From Blastocatellia bacterium (GTDB taxonomy: Bacteria > Acidobacteriota > Blastocatellia > UBA7656), in assembly GCA_963765495.1 (NCBI GenBank), contig CAVXWP010000002.1, positions 416,001 through 480,000 on the forward strand: a stretch of DNA of 64,000 bases, given 5' to 3'. The notes under the pieces are model-generated. The model did no database searches. It was not told the origin of the DNA and saw only the letters and a list, made by a program, of their open reading frames with translations. The stretch's first letter is position 1. The number at the start of each line of letters is the position of its first letter. The position numbers were made by a program, and so were the translations under genes. Positions 11,673-23,178 of this stretch are shown piece by piece.

Positions 11673-12065
11673 TTAGTAGACCCGGCAAAGTATCTCGCCG
11701 CCTACCTTCTGGCGGCGTGCTGCGCGGTCAGTCATCAACCCGCTCGAAGTAGAGAGAATATTGATGCCCATGCCGCCGAGCACTTTGGGTATCTTCATGC
11801 TGTCCACATAAACACGACAGCCGGGTTTTGAAACGCGCTCAAGCTTTGAGACCACCTGCTCGCCTCTCGGGCCGTAGCGCAGGTAGATGCGAATCGTGCG
11901 GTGCACGCCTTCCCCGATCGTCTTATAGTTGTTTATAAAGCCTTCTTCTTTCAGTATCCGCGCGATCTCAAGCTTGAGCTTAGAGAGCGGCACGTCCACC
12001 TTCTGATGCTTTGCCTGTAACGCGTTGCGAATGCGCGTTAACATATCAGCTATTGGGTCTGTCAT
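11673..12065 (-). CDS. rpsH: 30S ribosomal protein S8
   Basis: MTDPIADMLTRIRNA, RVSKPGCRVY, GGEILCRVY. Confidence 0.99.
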   Translation of the reverse strand: MTDPIADMLTRIRNALQAKHQKVDVPLSKLKLEIARILKEEGFINNYKTIGEGVHRTIRIYLRYGPRGEQVVSKLERVSKPGCRVYVDSMKIPKVLGGMGINILSTSSGLMTDRAARRQKVGGEILCRVY

Positions 12066-12081
12066 ACGTCTCCTGAATTAC

Positions 12082-12154
12082 GCGATGCCTGAGGCGTGAC
12101 TCGTGACCGGATTCCAATCCGGTTGAGCATCACCCATCACGCATTACGCATCAC
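12082..12154. repeat. Degenerate GCGTGAT 7-mer inverted repeat
   Basis: gcgatgcctgaggcgtgactcgtgac ... gcatcacccatcacgcattacgcatcac. Confidence 0.65.
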
Positions 12155-12161
12155 TAATCTT

Positions 12162-12446
12162 TTACCAGCTTGACTTCGTCACGCCAGGAATATGTCCTTC
12201 CAGCGCAAGGTCTCGGAAGCAGATGCGACAGAGAGCAAACTTGCGCAGGTAGGCACGGCCGCGACCGCAACGGCGACAGCGATTGTGCACGCGCGAGGTG
12301 AAGACGTTCAGATTCAGACCTTCGGCCTTTGCTTTCTTGATCGTCTTCTTGCTGCTGTTTCCGTACTTTTCCTGTACCCTTTGCCTGGCGTTTTCGAGAG
12401 CGCGTTTCAACTCGTTCGCCTTATACATTGATGATTCTCTCGCCAT
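12162..12446 (-). CDS. rpsN: 30S ribosomal protein S14, Zn-binding, with N-terminal insertion
   Basis: [39 protein letters not shown]; between rplE and rpsH. Confidence 0.96.
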   Translation of the reverse strand: MARESSMYKANELKRALENARQRVQEKYGNSSKKTIKKAKAEGLNLNVFTSRVHNRCRRCGRGRAYLRKFALCRICFRDLALEGHIPGVTKSSW

Positions 12447-12459
12447 CCGTACCTCTCAA

Positions 12460-13005
12460 CTATTTCTGAAACGGCATTCCAAACTGGCGAAGCAGAGCGC
12501 GTCCCTCTTCATCAGTTCGTGCCGTTGTGACTATAGAAATGTTCATTCCCCGCGTCTTGTCAACCTTGTTGAAGTCTATCTCGGGGAATATCAATTGGTC
12601 TTTGATTCCTACCGTGTAATTGCCGCGCCCGTCGAAAGCGCGAGGGCTGACGCCGCGAAAGTCGCGCACGCGCGGCAGCACGGCGTTTATAAACCGGTCC
12701 AGAAACTCGTACATCCGATCACCGCGCAGAGTCACCGATACGCCGACCGGCATGCCTGTTCGCAGTTTGAAGGCCGCGATTGATTTCTTGGCCTTGGTGA
12801 TCACAGGTTTTTGACCCGAAACGGTCGATAGCTCGGAAGCTGCCTGATCGAAAACCTTGGAGTTGTTCTGCGCCTCGCGGCCTACGCCCATGTTCAGGAC
12901 TATCTTTTCAAGCCTCGGCACAGCCATCGGGTTCGGATAGTTGAACTCCTTGGTCAGGGCTTCGAGTATCTCGTTTTTGTATCGTTCGCTCAATCTAGTT
13001 GCCAT
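12460..13005 (-). CDS. rplE: 50S ribosomal protein L5
   Basis: [42 protein letters not shown]. Confidence 0.99.
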   Translation of the reverse strand: MATRLSERYKNEILEALTKEFNYPNPMAVPRLEKIVLNMGVGREAQNNSKVFDQAASELSTVSGQKPVITKAKKSIAAFKLRTGMPVGVSVTLRGDRMYEFLDRFINAVLPRVRDFRGVSPRAFDGRGNYTVGIKDQLIFPEIDFNKVDKTRGMNISIVTTARTDEEGRALLRQFGMPFQK

Positions 13006-13040
13006 CTCTAACCTCTTCACTGATGCGTCGCCGTCCCCGT

Positions 13041-13072
13041 AATCTCAAATTTGAAATCTCAAATCTGAGATT
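13041..13072. repeat. AATCTCA 7-mer palindromic element
   Basis: aatctcaaatttgaaatctcaaatctgagatt. Confidence 0.75.
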
Positions 13073-13105
13073 AATAGGCCGCGCGACTGCCTTCAGCAGA
13101 TTCGC

Positions 13106-13438
13106 TCATTGTTTCTCAATCGCCGCCCCGCACCTCTTGCAGGCGCGCGTCCGCTGACCATCGCCCAGCACCTGATGCGCGGTGCGAGTGGCCTCGCTGC
13201 AATGCGGGCAGATCACCATCACGTTTGAGACGTGAATGGGAGCTTCCCGCTCGATGATGCCGCCCTGCACGCCGCTTCGAGAGTTTGCGCGGTTGTGGCG
13301 TTTGAGGACGTTCACTCCCTCGACGATAAGTTTTTTCTTGCGCGGGAGCACCTCGATTACGCGACCCTTCTTACCCCGGTCCTTACCGGCGATGACCACC
13401 ACGCGGTCGTTTTTTCGCACATTGATCTCTGTGTTCAT
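13106..13438 (-). CDS. rplX: 50S ribosomal protein L24
   Basis: KOW motif DRVVVIAGKDRGKKG, EAPIHVSNV. Confidence 0.98.
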   Translation of the reverse strand: MNTEINVRKNDRVVVIAGKDRGKKGRVIEVLPRKKKLIVEGVNVLKRHNRANSRSGVQGGIIEREAPIHVSNVMVICPHCSEATRTAHQVLGDGQRTRACKRCGAAIEKQ

Positions 13439-13446
13439 AACACCTC

Positions 13447-13815
13447 TTAAATGACTTCCGGCGCGAGGCTGACGATCTTCATAAAGCGCTTGTCGCGCAA
13501 CTCGCGCGCTATCGGCCCGAATACGCGCGTGCCTATCGGCTCGTTATCGGGTTTGATCAAAACGGCCGCGTTCTGGTCGAAGCGGATATAAGTGCCGTCC
13601 CTGCGGCGAGTCTCTTTCCGCGTACGAACGATGACGGCGCGAACCACCTGTCCCTTTTTGACCGCACCGTCAGGCGATGCCTCTTTCACCGATGCCGTAA
13701 TGATATCTCCAAGCCCGGCGCGCGACCCCGTGTCACCGCCGAGCGGCAAAATCATTGACAGGCGTTTAGCCCCGGAATTGTCGGCCACTTCGAGCCTTGT
13801 CCTCATCTGAACCAT
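13447..13815 (-). CDS. rplN: 50S ribosomal protein L14
   Basis: [33 protein letters not shown]. Confidence 0.99.
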   Translation of the reverse strand: MVQMRTRLEVADNSGAKRLSMILPLGGDTGSRAGLGDIITASVKEASPDGAVKKGQVVRAVIVRTRKETRRRDGTYIRFDQNAAVLIKPDNEPIGTRVFGPIARELRDKRFMKIVSLAPEVI

Positions 13816-13832
13816 AAATCACCTCAATCAGC

Positions 13833-13868
13833 AATCTGAAATCTCAAATCTCAAATCTGAGATTTCAA
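13833..13868. repeat. AATCTCA 7-mer palindromic element
   Basis: aatctgaaatctcaaatctcaaatctgagatttcaa. Confidence 0.8.
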
Positions 13869-13874
13869 CACGCG

Positions 13875-14324
13875 CTATCTGGCCTTCTGGACTATTTCGG
13901 CAACGCGCCAGCGCTTGCGCGCCGAAAGCGGCCTCGTCTCAACTATCCTCACCATGTCGCCGACCTGAGCACCAAGCTCGTTATGCGCCATGAATTTGGA
14001 CCGGCGGCGAATGTAACGCCTGTACTTCGGATGCTGCACCTGACGCTCGACGCGAACTACGACGGTCTTTTGCATCTTGTCGCTTGTGACAAGGCCGACC
14101 TTTTCCTGTCGGCGGTGCTTTAGCGCGGCTGCGGCGGGCGCTGCCGTTTCGCTTTCGCCCTCCTCAGAGACTGCCTCCTCAGAGACTGCTGCGGCCTCAT
14201 CACCGGAGGAGGCGCTCACCTCCACGGCATCGGCAGACACAGCTTCTGTGGTCTCGTCCTGTCCGGTCGTTTCTCCGGTTGTTTCTTCAACCGGCTCTTC
14301 GTTTATATTCTCGTTCTCTTGCAT
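13875..14324 (-). CDS. rpsQ: 30S ribosomal protein S17 with acidic N-terminal extension
   Basis: GLVTSDKMQKTVVVRVE, HPKY, IVETRPLSARKRW. Confidence 0.96.
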   Translation of the reverse strand: MQENENINEEPVEETTGETTGQDETTEAVSADAVEVSASSGDEAAAVSEEAVSEEGESETAAPAAAALKHRRQEKVGLVTSDKMQKTVVVRVERQVQHPKYRRYIRRRSKFMAHNELGAQVGDMVRIVETRPLSARKRWRVAEIVQKAR

Positions 14325-14373
14325 ACCTATCCTTCACCATCGGCGCAGTCTGAGACTGCACCGGCAAAAGCAT

Positions 14374-14573
14374 TTAGCCCCGGCTTGCCGCAAGCTCGCG
14401 CTCGCGAATCAGAGTCATCACTCGCGCTAGGTCTTTGCGCTGCATGCGCAACTGCTTGACCACATCGGTATTTCCGAGCGCCAGTTTAAAACGCATTCGG
14501 AAGATAGACTCTTTCAATTCGTTGATCTTTTCGTGAAGATCGTCGTCGGATAATTCTCTAAATTCTTCGGCCT

Positions 14574-14577
<4 letters not shown>
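14374..14577 (-). CDS. rpmC: 50S ribosomal protein L29
   Basis: [10 protein letters not shown]...[14 protein letters not shown]; ATGA overlap with rplP. Confidence 0.96.
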
Positions 14578-15014
<437 letters not shown>

Positions 15015-15030
15015 AACACACCAATCTCGA

Positions 15031-15126
15031 ATTTTAGATTTTAGATTTTAGATTTTGGATTCCTGATGTATCGCCTCATGGTCCTGCGGCTCGCAATCCA
15101 AAATCCAAAATCTAAAATCCAAAATC
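15031..15126. repeat. GATTTT(G/A) 7-mer inverted repeat
   Basis: attttagattttagattttagattttggatt ... aatccaaaatccaaaatctaaaatccaaaatc; 1 nt from the rpsC stop. Confidence 0.92.
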
Positions 15127-15127
15127 G

Positions 15128-15784
15128 CTATGTTCTTCTCGCCTGCTGTCCTCGTCTGATGGTCAATTCGTCGCCGCGATAGATCCAGACCTTGACGCCG
15201 ATGACGCCGAATGTCGTATGAGCTTCGGCGAATCCGTAATCAATGTCGGCCCTCAATGTGTGCAGAGGCAGACGACCCTGCAGGTACCACTCCGAGCGGG
15301 CGATTTCGGCCCCGTTCAATCTGCCCGACACGCGCACTTTGATCCCCTGCGCGCCAAAGCGCTGGGCGTTCTCGACAGCGCGCCGCATTGCGCGGCGGAA
15401 AGCGATTCGCTTCTCAAGCTGTTGAGCCACCTGCTCGGCCTGCAATTGCGCGTTCAATTCGGGCTTGTGGATCTCCTGAATATTGACGTAGACCTCGCGC
15501 CCCGTCCGCCCTTTTATCTCCTGCTTGAGCCGGTCAATTTCGGCTCCCTTGCGACCGATGATGATTCCCGGCCGCGAGGTATGGATGATGATCTTCAGCT
15601 TGTTGGCCGCGCGCTCTACGTCTACGTGCGAGACGCCCGCGCCCGCAAATCGAGCCTTCAACTCTTTCTTCAGCTTCAGATCTTCGTGAAGCAGGTCGGC
15701 ATAATCGCGCTTGGCTATCCAATTGGAATGCCAGCCGCGATTGTAGCCCAGCCTGAAACCATACGGATGAACTTTCTGACCCAC
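15128..15784 (-). CDS. rpsC: 30S ribosomal protein S3 (GTG start)
   Basis: [36 protein letters not shown]. Confidence 0.99.
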   Translation of the reverse strand: MGQKVHPYGFRLGYNRGWHSNWIAKRDYADLLHEDLKLKKELKARFAGAGVSHVDVERAANKLKIIIHTSRPGIIIGRKGAEIDRLKQEIKGRTGREVYVNIQEIHKPELNAQLQAEQVAQQLEKRIAFRRAMRRAVENAQRFGAQGIKVRVSGRLNGAEIARSEWYLQGRLPLHTLRADIDYGFAEAHTTFGVIGVKVWIYRGDELTIRRGQQARRT

Positions 15785-15797
15785 GATTCCTCCAAAT

Positions 15798-15870
15798 CAG
15801 TGGTCAGTGGTCAGTGGTCAGTGGTCAGTGAATCAATATCACCAGCCCCCGGCCCCCGGCCCCTGGCCCC
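15798..15870. repeat. (CAGTGGT)4 / (CCCCGGC)n 7-mer element
   Basis: cagtggt x4 plus cagtg, then ccagcccccggcccccggcccctggcccc abutting the rplV stop. Confidence 0.88.
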
Positions 15871-16229
15871 TATTCTTTTTCCGATTCCACCTCAATAGTT
15901 ATATGGCTCTGCCATCGGCGCTCGCGATATGCCCGGCCCATCGGGGCGGGGCGAACACGGCGACGAAACTTGGTCGGGCCGAGATCTACCATCGCCGTAG
16001 AGACTTTCAAGTCGTCCACGTCTATCGAGATATTCAACTGATCGGCCTTCTGTTCGGCGTTTGCGATTGCCGAACGCAGGGCCGTCTCGATAGGTTTGGC
16101 CGCTCGCTTGCGCGATACCGTAAGCATCGCAAGCGCCTCGTTCACGTTGCGCCCGCGAATAAGGTCAATGACCAGCCTAGCTTTCTGAGGCGAGCCTTTG
16201 ATGTACTTTGCGACTGCGCGTGCTTTCAT
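15870..16229 (-). CDS. rplV: 50S ribosomal protein L22
   Basis: SPQKARLVIDLIRG, LRSAIANAE, SHITIEV. Confidence 0.98.
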   Translation of the reverse strand: MKARAVAKYIKGSPQKARLVIDLIRGRNVNEALAMLTVSRKRAAKPIETALRSAIANAEQKADQLNISIDVDDLKVSTAMVDLGPTKFRRRVRPAPMGRAYRERRWQSHITIEVESEKE

Positions 16230-16232
16230 CGC

Positions 16233-16523
16233 TTACCTGCCTCCCTTCTTGACGGTCTTATCGCTCTTTTCAGGGTGGCCCTTGAACGCCCGTGTGGGCG
16301 AAAATTCGCCGAGCTTATGCCCGACCATATTCTCCTGCACATAGACCGGGATAAACTTTTTGCCGTTATGGACGGCTATAGTGTGACCTACCATCTCAGG
16401 CAATATGGTCGAACGGCGAGACCAGGTCTTATGGACCCGCTTCTCGTTCGCCTGATTCATCTTTGTGATCGCCTTCTCGAGGTGATCATCCACAAACGGC
16501 CCTTTTTTTATTGATCTTGCCAT
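16233..16523 (-). CDS. rpsS: 30S ribosomal protein S19
   Basis: [34 protein letters not shown]. Confidence 0.99.
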   Translation of the reverse strand: MARSIKKGPFVDDHLEKAITKMNQANEKRVHKTWSRRSTILPEMVGHTIAVHNGKKFIPVYVQENMVGHKLGEFSPTRAFKGHPEKSDKTVKKGGR

Positions 16524-16589
16524 AACTATCTCAAGTAAAGAGTGAGAAGAGGCGAGCGAAAAGTTGAGCCTTTCGCTCGCCTCCCGTCA

Positions 16590-17414
16590 TTATTTCTTGC
16601 CTCTGCGCACGATGAATTTATCTGTGCGCTTATTGTTTCTGGTCTTATAACCGCGAGTAGGCATACCCCAGGGCGTAACCGGGTGGCGTCCGCCCGATGT
16701 GCGTCCCTCGCCTCCGCCGTGCGGATGGTCTACCGGATTCATCACGACGCCGCGAACCTTGGGCCTCCGGCCCTTCCACCGAGTGCGGCCCGCTTTGCCC
16801 AGAGAAACGTTGCTGTGCTCTATGTTGCCTATCTGGCCAATGGTGGCATAACACTCGATGTTGACTCTGCGAATCTCACCCGAAGGGAGGCGAAGCTGCG
16901 CCCAATCGCCTTCCTTTGCCACAAGCTGCGCCGACCCGCCAGCCGCTCTCACCATCTGCGCGCCTTTGCCGGGGCGAAGCTCTATGTTGTGAATGGTCGT
17001 GCCAAGCGGGATAAATCTCAAGGGCAATGCGTTACCGGCTATGATGTCAGCCTCGGGCCCCGATACGACTTCCTGCCCGACCGTGATGCCTACGGGTGCG
17101 ATGATGTATCGCTTCTCGCCGTCCGCGTAATGAAGCAGGGCTATATGAGCCGAACGATTCGGATCATACTCGATGGTGGCGACTTTGGCCGGAACGCCGA
17201 TCTTGTCGCGCTTGAAATCTATGATGCGATACTGGCGCTTGGCCCCGCCGCCCCTGCGGCGGATCGTAATATGGCCGTCATTATTGCGCCCCGATATGCG
17301 CTTCTTAGGCGCAAGCAACGGCTTGTACGGCTCATCGTTCGTGAGTTCGTCACGAGTCAGATAAGTCTGATAGCGCCGTGCCGGTGATGTCGGTGTGAGC
17401 TTCTTGATTCCCAT
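16590..17414 (-). CDS. rplB: 50S ribosomal protein L2
   Basis: [30 protein letters not shown]. Confidence 0.99.
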   Translation of the reverse strand: MGIKKLTPTSPARRYQTYLTRDELTNDEPYKPLLAPKKRISGRNNDGHITIRRRGGGAKRQYRIIDFKRDKIGVPAKVATIEYDPNRSAHIALLHYADGEKRYIIAPVGITVGQEVVSGPEADIIAGNALPLRFIPLGTTIHNIELRPGKGAQMVRAAGGSAQLVAKEGDWAQLRLPSGEIRRVNIECYATIGQIGNIEHSNVSLGKAGRTRWKGRRPKVRGVVMNPVDHPHGGGEGRTSGGRHPVTPWGMPTRGYKTRNNKRTDKFIVRRGKK

Positions 17415-17423
17415 CACTTCTCC

Positions 17424-17514
17424 ATTTTGGATTTTGGATTTTAGATTTTAGATTGAGGAACAAGCTCGATTAATCATCACTCAATCCAAAATCTAAAATC
17501 CAAAATCGAAAATC
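17424..17514. repeat. GATTTT(G/A) 7-mer inverted repeat
   Basis: attttggattttggattttagattttagattga ... tcaatccaaaatctaaaatccaaaatcgaaaatc; overlaps the rplW stop. Confidence 0.92.
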
Positions 17515-17842
17515 AAATTGCGTCTTCATACATGACAGAGCTTTCGCCGCTCTTGAGCGTAACGTAAGCCTTCTTCCAGTCGGGCCGCTTGCCCATCTCG
17601 CGGCGCGTAGGTATTCGCTTCATCTTGCCGCGATAATTGGCCACACGCACTTCGGCAACCTTTACGCCCAGTATCTTTTCAACGGCGTGTTTGATCTCGG
17701 GCTTTGTGGCGCGAGCGTCAACCTTGAGCGTGAGCATCTGACGGCTATTGCCAGTGCGACCGAGCGATTCAGGCTCGTCCTTCATCGTCAACGCTTTTTC
17801 GGTAATGACCGGCCCTTTGATGACATCCCAAATACTTTTCAT
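17513..17842 (-). CDS. rplW: 50S ribosomal protein L23
   Basis: PVITEKA, ATKPEIKHAVE, WKKAYVTL. Confidence 0.97.
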   Translation of the reverse strand: MKSIWDVIKGPVITEKALTMKDEPESLGRTGNSRQMLTLKVDARATKPEIKHAVEKILGVKVAEVRVANYRGKMKRIPTRREMGKRPDWKKAYVTLKSGESSVMYEDAI

Positions 17843-17854
17843 CGGTAGCTCTCC

Positions 17855-18481
17855 CTACTTGCTCAACTGCTCATCGAGCGCGGCGGCAGCTTCGCGAGTG
17901 AACGCCAGCTGCTCGTGCGTAAGCAGTTCGTAAACATTTACGCCGTTCGGCGAGATGTAGGTGACGCCGGGCAGATTACGCGACGAAAGCGCAAGGTTAT
18001 GATTGTCGAACGCGTCTACGATAAGCGTTCGCCGGTCGAGCCCGAGCGCGGCCAGAGTCGCGGCGAAATCCTTCGTCTTGTGCGATGACAACTCGAAGTT
18101 CTCAACTATGACAAGCCCGCCCTCGCGCAATCGCTCAGACAACACCGAACGTATCGCGCCGCGCCTCATCTTTTTAGGCACGTGGTAGGACCAGTCGCGC
18201 GGCTGCGGCCCGTGTACGTTTCCGCCGCCCCTCCACAAAGGAGAGCGCAGGCTCGCTATGCGGGCGCGACCTGTTCCCTTCTGCCGCCAGAGTTTCTTGC
18301 CCGAACCGCTCGTATCACCGCGCGTCTTCGTAGCCGAAGTGCCGGCGCGCTGGTTGGCAAGATAGCCTTTTACAGCCGAGTAGATGAGCGCTTTATTGAG
18401 CGGAGCGCCGAACACCGCGTCCGACAACTCCAACTCGCCCACCTCTTCGTTGTTCAGATTCTTCACCTTTACAACAGGCAT
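17855..18481 (-). CDS. rplD: 50S ribosomal protein L4
   Basis: [30 protein letters not shown]. Confidence 0.99.
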   Translation of the reverse strand: MPVVKVKNLNNEEVGELELSDAVFGAPLNKALIYSAVKGYLANQRAGTSATKTRGDTSGSGKKLWRQKGTGRARIASLRSPLWRGGGNVHGPQPRDWSYHVPKKMRRGAIRSVLSERLREGGLVIVENFELSSHKTKDFAATLAALGLDRRTLIVDAFDNHNLALSSRNLPGVTYISPNGVNVYELLTHEQLAFTREAAAALDEQLSK

Positions 18482-18499
18482 CGTTTCGCTCCATTAAAA

Positions 18500-18594
18500 G
18501 TGATCCGTGAAGAGTGATTCGTGATTTACCAGACTTCGCAGGTTGCTTTGACAACAGACGGCCTGCAAATCACGCATCGCGCATCGCGTATCAC
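18500..18594. repeat. GTGAT(T/G)C 7-mer inverted repeat, degenerate
   Basis: gtgatccgtgaagagtgattcgtgattt ... aaatcacgcatcgcgcatcgcgtatcac next to the rplC stop. Confidence 0.7.
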
Positions 18595-18595
18595 T

Positions 18596-19228
18596 CTACA
18601 TATTCGCCTTCTTAATCAACACGTACGCGCCGTTAGGACCGGGAACCGCACCGCGAATCATCAAAAGGTTGTTCTCGGAATCAACCGCGACAACCCGAAG
18701 ATTCTTTATTGACTTGCGCTCGTTTCCCATATGGCCCGCCATACGGGTCCCCTTTATGACGCGAGACGGATAGGCCGACTGGCCTATCGAACCGGGTGCG
18801 CGGTGAAACATGGAACCGTGAGTGGCGCGCCCCCCGCCGAATCCATGCCTCTTAATAAAGCCGGCGAATCCGCGTCCTTTGGACTTACCTATCACGTCAA
18901 CCAGGTCGTTCTCGTTGAAGATGTCAACCAGCACCTTGTCTCCGACATTCGTGCTTTCATCGCCGCCGTCAACGCGCACTTCTCTGAGCACGCGGGTGGG
19001 TGGCACGCCGGCCCGCTTGAAGTGTCCTTCCGTGGGCTTATTTATTCGACGCGGCGGCCGTTCCTCTACGAATCCCAACTGAATGGCGTTATAACCGTCA
19101 GTATTGACCGTCTTCTTTTGAACGACGATGCAGGGGCCGGCCTTTATCACCGTAACAGGTGTCACCGAGCCATCCGGCGCGAATAACTGGGTCATACCGA
19201 GCTTCTTACCGATTATTCCGTTGACCAT
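18596..19228 (-). CDS. rplC: 50S ribosomal protein L3
   Basis: [34 protein letters not shown]. Confidence 0.99.
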   Translation of the reverse strand: MVNGIIGKKLGMTQLFAPDGSVTPVTVIKAGPCIVVQKKTVNTDGYNAIQLGFVEERPPRRINKPTEGHFKRAGVPPTRVLREVRVDGGDESTNVGDKVLVDIFNENDLVDVIGKSKGRGFAGFIKRHGFGGGRATHGSMFHRAPGSIGQSAYPSRVIKGTRMAGHMGNERKSIKNLRVVAVDSENNLLMIRGAVPGPNGAYVLIKKANM

Positions 19229-19243
19229 AGCAACCTTCAATTA

Positions 19244-19322
19244 AGTTATGAGTTTTGAATTTTAAGTTTTGAGTTAGAGGAATTCACTGAATTCAAAACT
19301 CATAACTCATAACTCAAAACTC
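19244..19322. repeat. GAGTT(T/A)T 7-mer inverted repeat
   Basis: agttatgagttttgaattttaagttttgagtt ... aattcaaaactcataactcataactcaaaactc directly after the rpsJ stop. Confidence 0.88.
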
Positions 19323-19649
19323 TTACTTGTGGTCCTTGCCGAAGGCCTTGATTTCAACATCAACGCCCGCAGGCAGGTCCAGCTTCATCAGTGCGTCCAC
19401 CGTCTGAGGTGTCGGATCAAGAATATCCATGAGCCGTTTGTGAGTGCGAATCTCAAATTGCTCGCGCGACTTCTTATCCACGTGCGGACTGCGCAAAACG
19501 GTATATTTGTTCTTGACCGTAGGCAGTGGGATTGGCCCCGCCACCCGTGCACCCGTTCGCTTGGCCGTGTCAACTATCTCAGCAGTTGACTGATCAAGCA
19601 CGCGGTAGTCATACGCCTTCAGCCGGATTCTTATCTTTTCATTTAGCAT
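19323..19649 (-). CDS. rpsJ: 30S ribosomal protein S10
   Basis: [37 protein letters not shown]. Confidence 0.99.
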   Translation of the reverse strand: MLNEKIRIRLKAYDYRVLDQSTAEIVDTAKRTGARVAGPIPLPTVKNKYTVLRSPHVDKKSREQFEIRTHKRLMDILDPTPQTVDALMKLDLPAGVDVEIKAFGKDHK

Positions 19650-19715
19650 ATTGCTACCTCAGTCAGATTCGCTGTCACAGGCCGGATTCGCCCGACACTC
19701 GACGCGAATAACTGA

Positions 19716-20903
19716 CTATTCAATGACCTCGGAGATAGTGCCTGCTCCTACCGTTCGCCCTCCCTCTCGGATCGCGAACCTCAACCCCTTCTCCATCGCT
19801 ATCGGCGTGATCAATTCCACTTCCAATGCACTGTTGTCTCCTGGCATCACCATCTCTACTCCTTCTGCCAACTGCGCCACTCCCGTCACATCCGTCGTAC
19901 GAAAGTAAAACTGCGGCCGGTACCCGCTGAAAAACGGCGTGTGTCGCCCTCCCTCTTCCTTCGTCAAGACATACACTTCCGCCTTGAACTTCGTGTGCGG
20001 CGTGATCGACCCTGGCTTCGCTATCACCTGCCCTCGCTCTACCTCTCTTCGCTCCACTCCTCTCAACAACAACCCCACGTTGTCTCCTGCCATCCCAGAG
20101 TCCAACAACTTCTTGAACATCTCCACTCCCGTCACCACCGTCTTGCGAGTCGGCTTCATCCCCACTATCTCTACATCCTCTCCTACCTTCACCTGCCCTC
20201 GCTCGATTCGCCCTGTCGCTACCGTACCTCTCCCGCTGATCGTGAATATATCTTCCACTGGCATCAAAAACGGCTTGTCAACTTCTCGCTCCGGCTGCGG
20301 AATGTAGCTGTCTACGGCTTCCATCAACTCGTCTATGTTCTTCTCCCAGTCCCCTTCTCCGTTCAACGCTCCCAAGGCCGATCCTCTCACCACTGGAATG
20401 TCGTCTCCTGGAAATCCATAACTCGATAGCAACTCTCTTACTTCCAACTCCACCAGATCCAGCAACTCCTCGTCATCTACGGCATCGACCTTGTTCATAA
20501 AGACGACCATCGCTGGCACGCCCACCTGTCGGGCCAAAAGTATGTGCTCGCGAGTCTGAGGCATTGGACCGTCTGTGGCTGCAACGACAAGGATCGCCCC
20601 GTCCATCTGAGCCGCGCCCGTGATCATGTTCTTGATGTAATCGGCGTGGCCCGGGCAATCGACGTGAGCATAGTGGCGGTTAGCCGTCTCGTACTCAACG
20701 TGAGCAGTGGCAATCGTGATACCGCGAGCCTTCTCTTCGGGTGCGTTGTCGATGGAATCGAAGGACCGGAAGGTGATCTTAGGGTTATGCTTAGCAAGCA
20801 CCTTGGTGATAGCAGCGGTCAAAGTGGTCTTGCCGTGGTCGATGTGTCCGATGGTGCCGACGTTGACGTGCGGCTTTGACCTGTCAAATTTCTCCTTGCC
20901 CAT
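19716..20903 (-). CDS. tuf: Elongation factor Tu (str operon copy)
   Basis: [31 protein letters not shown]. Confidence 0.99.
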   Translation of the reverse strand: MGKEKFDRSKPHVNVGTIGHIDHGKTTLTAAITKVLAKHNPKITFRSFDSIDNAPEEKARGITIATAHVEYETANRHYAHVDCPGHADYIKNMITGAAQMDGAILVVAATDGPMPQTREHILLARQVGVPAMVVFMNKVDAVDDEELLDLVELEVRELLSSYGFPGDDIPVVRGSALGALNGEGDWEKNIDELMEAVDSYIPQPEREVDKPFLMPVEDIFTISGRGTVATGRIERGQVKVGEDVEIVGMKPTRKTVVTGVEMFKKLLDSGMAGDNVGLLLRGVERREVERGQVIAKPGSITPHTKFKAEVYVLTKEEGGRHTPFFSGYRPQFYFRTTDVTGVAQLAEGVEMVMPGDNSALEVELITPIAMEKGLRFAIREGGRTVGAGTISEVIE

Positions 20904-20964
20904 AACTATTCAGCTCCTTTTTCCGCGAACGCGCCAGGGCGCTCGCCTGAGATGGAAAATTAAT

Positions 20965-23064
20965 CTATCTGGCAGTGCCCTGCACCTTTGCGATTATCTC
21001 TTCGCGCACGCTTCGCGGCGCTTCTTCATAACTATTAAAGTGCATCGTATAGGTCGCGCGCCCCTGCGTCATCGAGCGTAGATCGGTCGAATAACCGAAC
21101 ATCTCCGACAACGGCACAAGCGAGGTAATGATCTGTGTGCCGGGCATCGAATCGATGTGTTCGATGCGACCACGACGAGAGTTTATATCTCCGGTGATCG
21201 ACCCCATGTACTCCTCGGGCGCTACGACTTCGACCTTCATAACCGGCTCAAGCAGCACGGGATTGGCTCTATTTGCCGCGTCCTTGAAGGCCATCGAACC
21301 CGCGATCTTGAAGGCCATCTCCGAAGAGTCAACATCGTGGTAGCTGCCAAAGTGCAGCGTGGCCTTGATGTCCACCATTTCGTATCCCGCGAGCACGCCG
21401 CCTTCCATCGCTTCCTTGATGCCCTGCTCGATGGGCTTTATGTATTCGCGAGGCACGACGCCGCCCACTATGGCATTGACGAATTCAAAACCGGTTCCCG
21501 GCTCAAGCGGCTCGAGCTTGACTTCGGCGTGGCCGTACTGACCGCGACCGCCGGTTTGCCGAACGAATTTGCCGACGCCTTCCGACGCTTTGCGAATCGT
21601 CTCGCGATAAGCGACCTGCGGGCGACCTACGTTTGCGTCAACCCCGAACTCGCGCTTGAGGCGATCCACAAGGATTTCGAGGTGAAGCTCACCCATGCCG
21701 CTGATGATCGTCTGGCCGGTCTCCTGATCGGTCGCGACCTTGAAGCTCGGGTCTTCGGCGGCGAGCCGCTGAAGTCCGAAACTGAGCTTTTCCTGATCCT
21801 GTCGGGTCTTTGGTTCGATTGCCTGAGCGATGACAGGCGCGGGGAATTCCAGGGCTTCAAGTATGATGGGTCGGGATTCTTCGCAAATCGTATCGCCGGT
21901 CGTCACCTGCTTGAGACCCGCTATGGCGACTATCTCACCGGCTGAAGCCTGCTCGATGTCTTCGCGTTTATTGGCGTGCATTCGCATGATTCGACCCACT
22001 CGCTCCTTAGAGCCCTTGGTCGAATTCAGCGTGTACGAACCCGTCTTGAGCGTGCCGGAGTAGATGCGAACGAACGAAAGCTGGCCAATGTGTTTGTCGG
22101 CCATGATCTTGAATACCAGCCCCGAAAACGGCGCTTTAGAATCAGGCTCGCGCTCTTCCTCTTCACCTGTTTTCGGATTGATGCCCGTTACCGCCTTCAC
22201 ATCGAGCGGGCTGGGGAGATAATCAATCACTCCGTCGAGAAGCGGCTGCACGCCTTTGTTCTTGAATGCCGTACCCGCAAGCACCGGAACGAGCTTCAGC
22301 GCGATGGTCTCGCGGCGCAAGGCCGCGCGAATTTCGTCTGCGGAAATCTCTTCGCCGCCAAGATATTTTTCGGCGATCTGGTCGTCTGCATCCGCGAGGG
22401 CCTCTATCATCCGTTCTCGCGCCGCTTCGGCTTCGTCCCGCAATTCCGAAGGGATTTCAGTAACATCCGGGACAGCGCCTTTATCTTCCGCGTTGTAAAT
22501 GATGGCATTCATCTCGACCAGATCAATTATTCCCTGAAATTGATCTTCCGCGCCGATAGGCATCTGCACGGGGACGGGATTGGCCCCCAGACGATCTCGA
22601 ATGGTTTGAACTGAGTAATCGAAATTTGCGCCCGGTCGGTCCATCTTGTTCATGAAAGCGATACGCGGGACGCTGTATTTGTCGGCCTGTCGCCAGACAG
22701 TTTCCGACTGCGGCTGCACGCCTGCGACCGCGTCAAAGACCGCGACCGCGCCGTCGAGCACGCGAAGGGAACGCTCTACTTCGATGGTGAAATCGACGTG
22801 GCCGGGCGTATCAATGATATTGACCCGGTAATCTTCGCCGTTGCGCGGCCAGAAACAGGTGGTAGCAGCCGATGTAATCGTGATGCCGCGCTCCTGTTCC
22901 TGCTCCATCCAATCCATAACGGCTGTGCCTTCGTGCACCTCGCCGATCTTGTAGGACACGCCCGTGTAATAGAGAATGCGCTCAGTCGTCGTGGTTTTAC
23001 CCGCGTCGATATGAGCCATGATTCCTATGTTGCGGAATCTATTTAATGGTGCCTGCTTAGACAT
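20965..23064 (-). CDS. fusA: Elongation factor G
   Basis: [40 protein letters not shown]. Confidence 0.99.
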   Translation of the reverse strand: MSKQAPLNRFRNIGIMAHIDAGKTTTTERILYYTGVSYKIGEVHEGTAVMDWMEQEQERGITITSAATTCFWPRNGEDYRVNIIDTPGHVDFTIEVERSLRVLDGAVAVFDAVAGVQPQSETVWRQADKYSVPRIAFMNKMDRPGANFDYSVQTIRDRLGANPVPVQMPIGAEDQFQGIIDLVEMNAIIYNAEDKGAVPDVTEIPSELRDEAEAARERMIEALADADDQIAEKYLGGEEISADEIRAALRRETIALKLVPVLAGTAFKNKGVQPLLDGVIDYLPSPLDVKAVTGINPKTGEEEEREPDSKAPFSGLVFKIMADKHIGQLSFVRIYSGTLKTGSYTLNSTKGSKERVGRIMRMHANKREDIEQASAGEIVAIAGLKQVTTGDTICEESRPIILEALEFPAPVIAQAIEPKTRQDQEKLSFGLQRLAAEDPSFKVATDQETGQTIISGMGELHLEILVDRLKREFGVDANVGRPQVAYRETIRKASEGVGKFVRQTGGRGQYGHAEVKLEPLEPGTGFEFVNAIVGGVVPREYIKPIEQGIKEAMEGGVLAGYEMVDIKATLHFGSYHDVDSSEMAFKIAGSMAFKDAANRANPVLLEPVMKVEVVAPEEYMGSITGDINSRRGRIEHIDSMPGTQIITSLVPLSEMFGYSTDLRSMTQGRATYTMHFNSYEEAPRSVREEIIAKVQGTAR

Positions 23065-23073
23065 AATCTTCCA

Positions 23074-23176
23074 GTGATTCGTGATATGTGAAGCGTGATT
23101 CGTGAACTATGCGAGAGGCTGTGTATCAGCCAAACACTCGACGGTCACACGTCACGCATTACGCATCGCGTTTCAC
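23074..23176. repeat. GTGATTC/GCGTGAT 7-mer inverted repeat, degenerate
   Basis: gtgattcgtgatatgtgaagcgtgattcgtgaa ... gtcacacgtcacgcattacgcatcgcgtttcac next to the rpsG stop. Confidence 0.7.
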
Positions 23177-23178
23177 TC

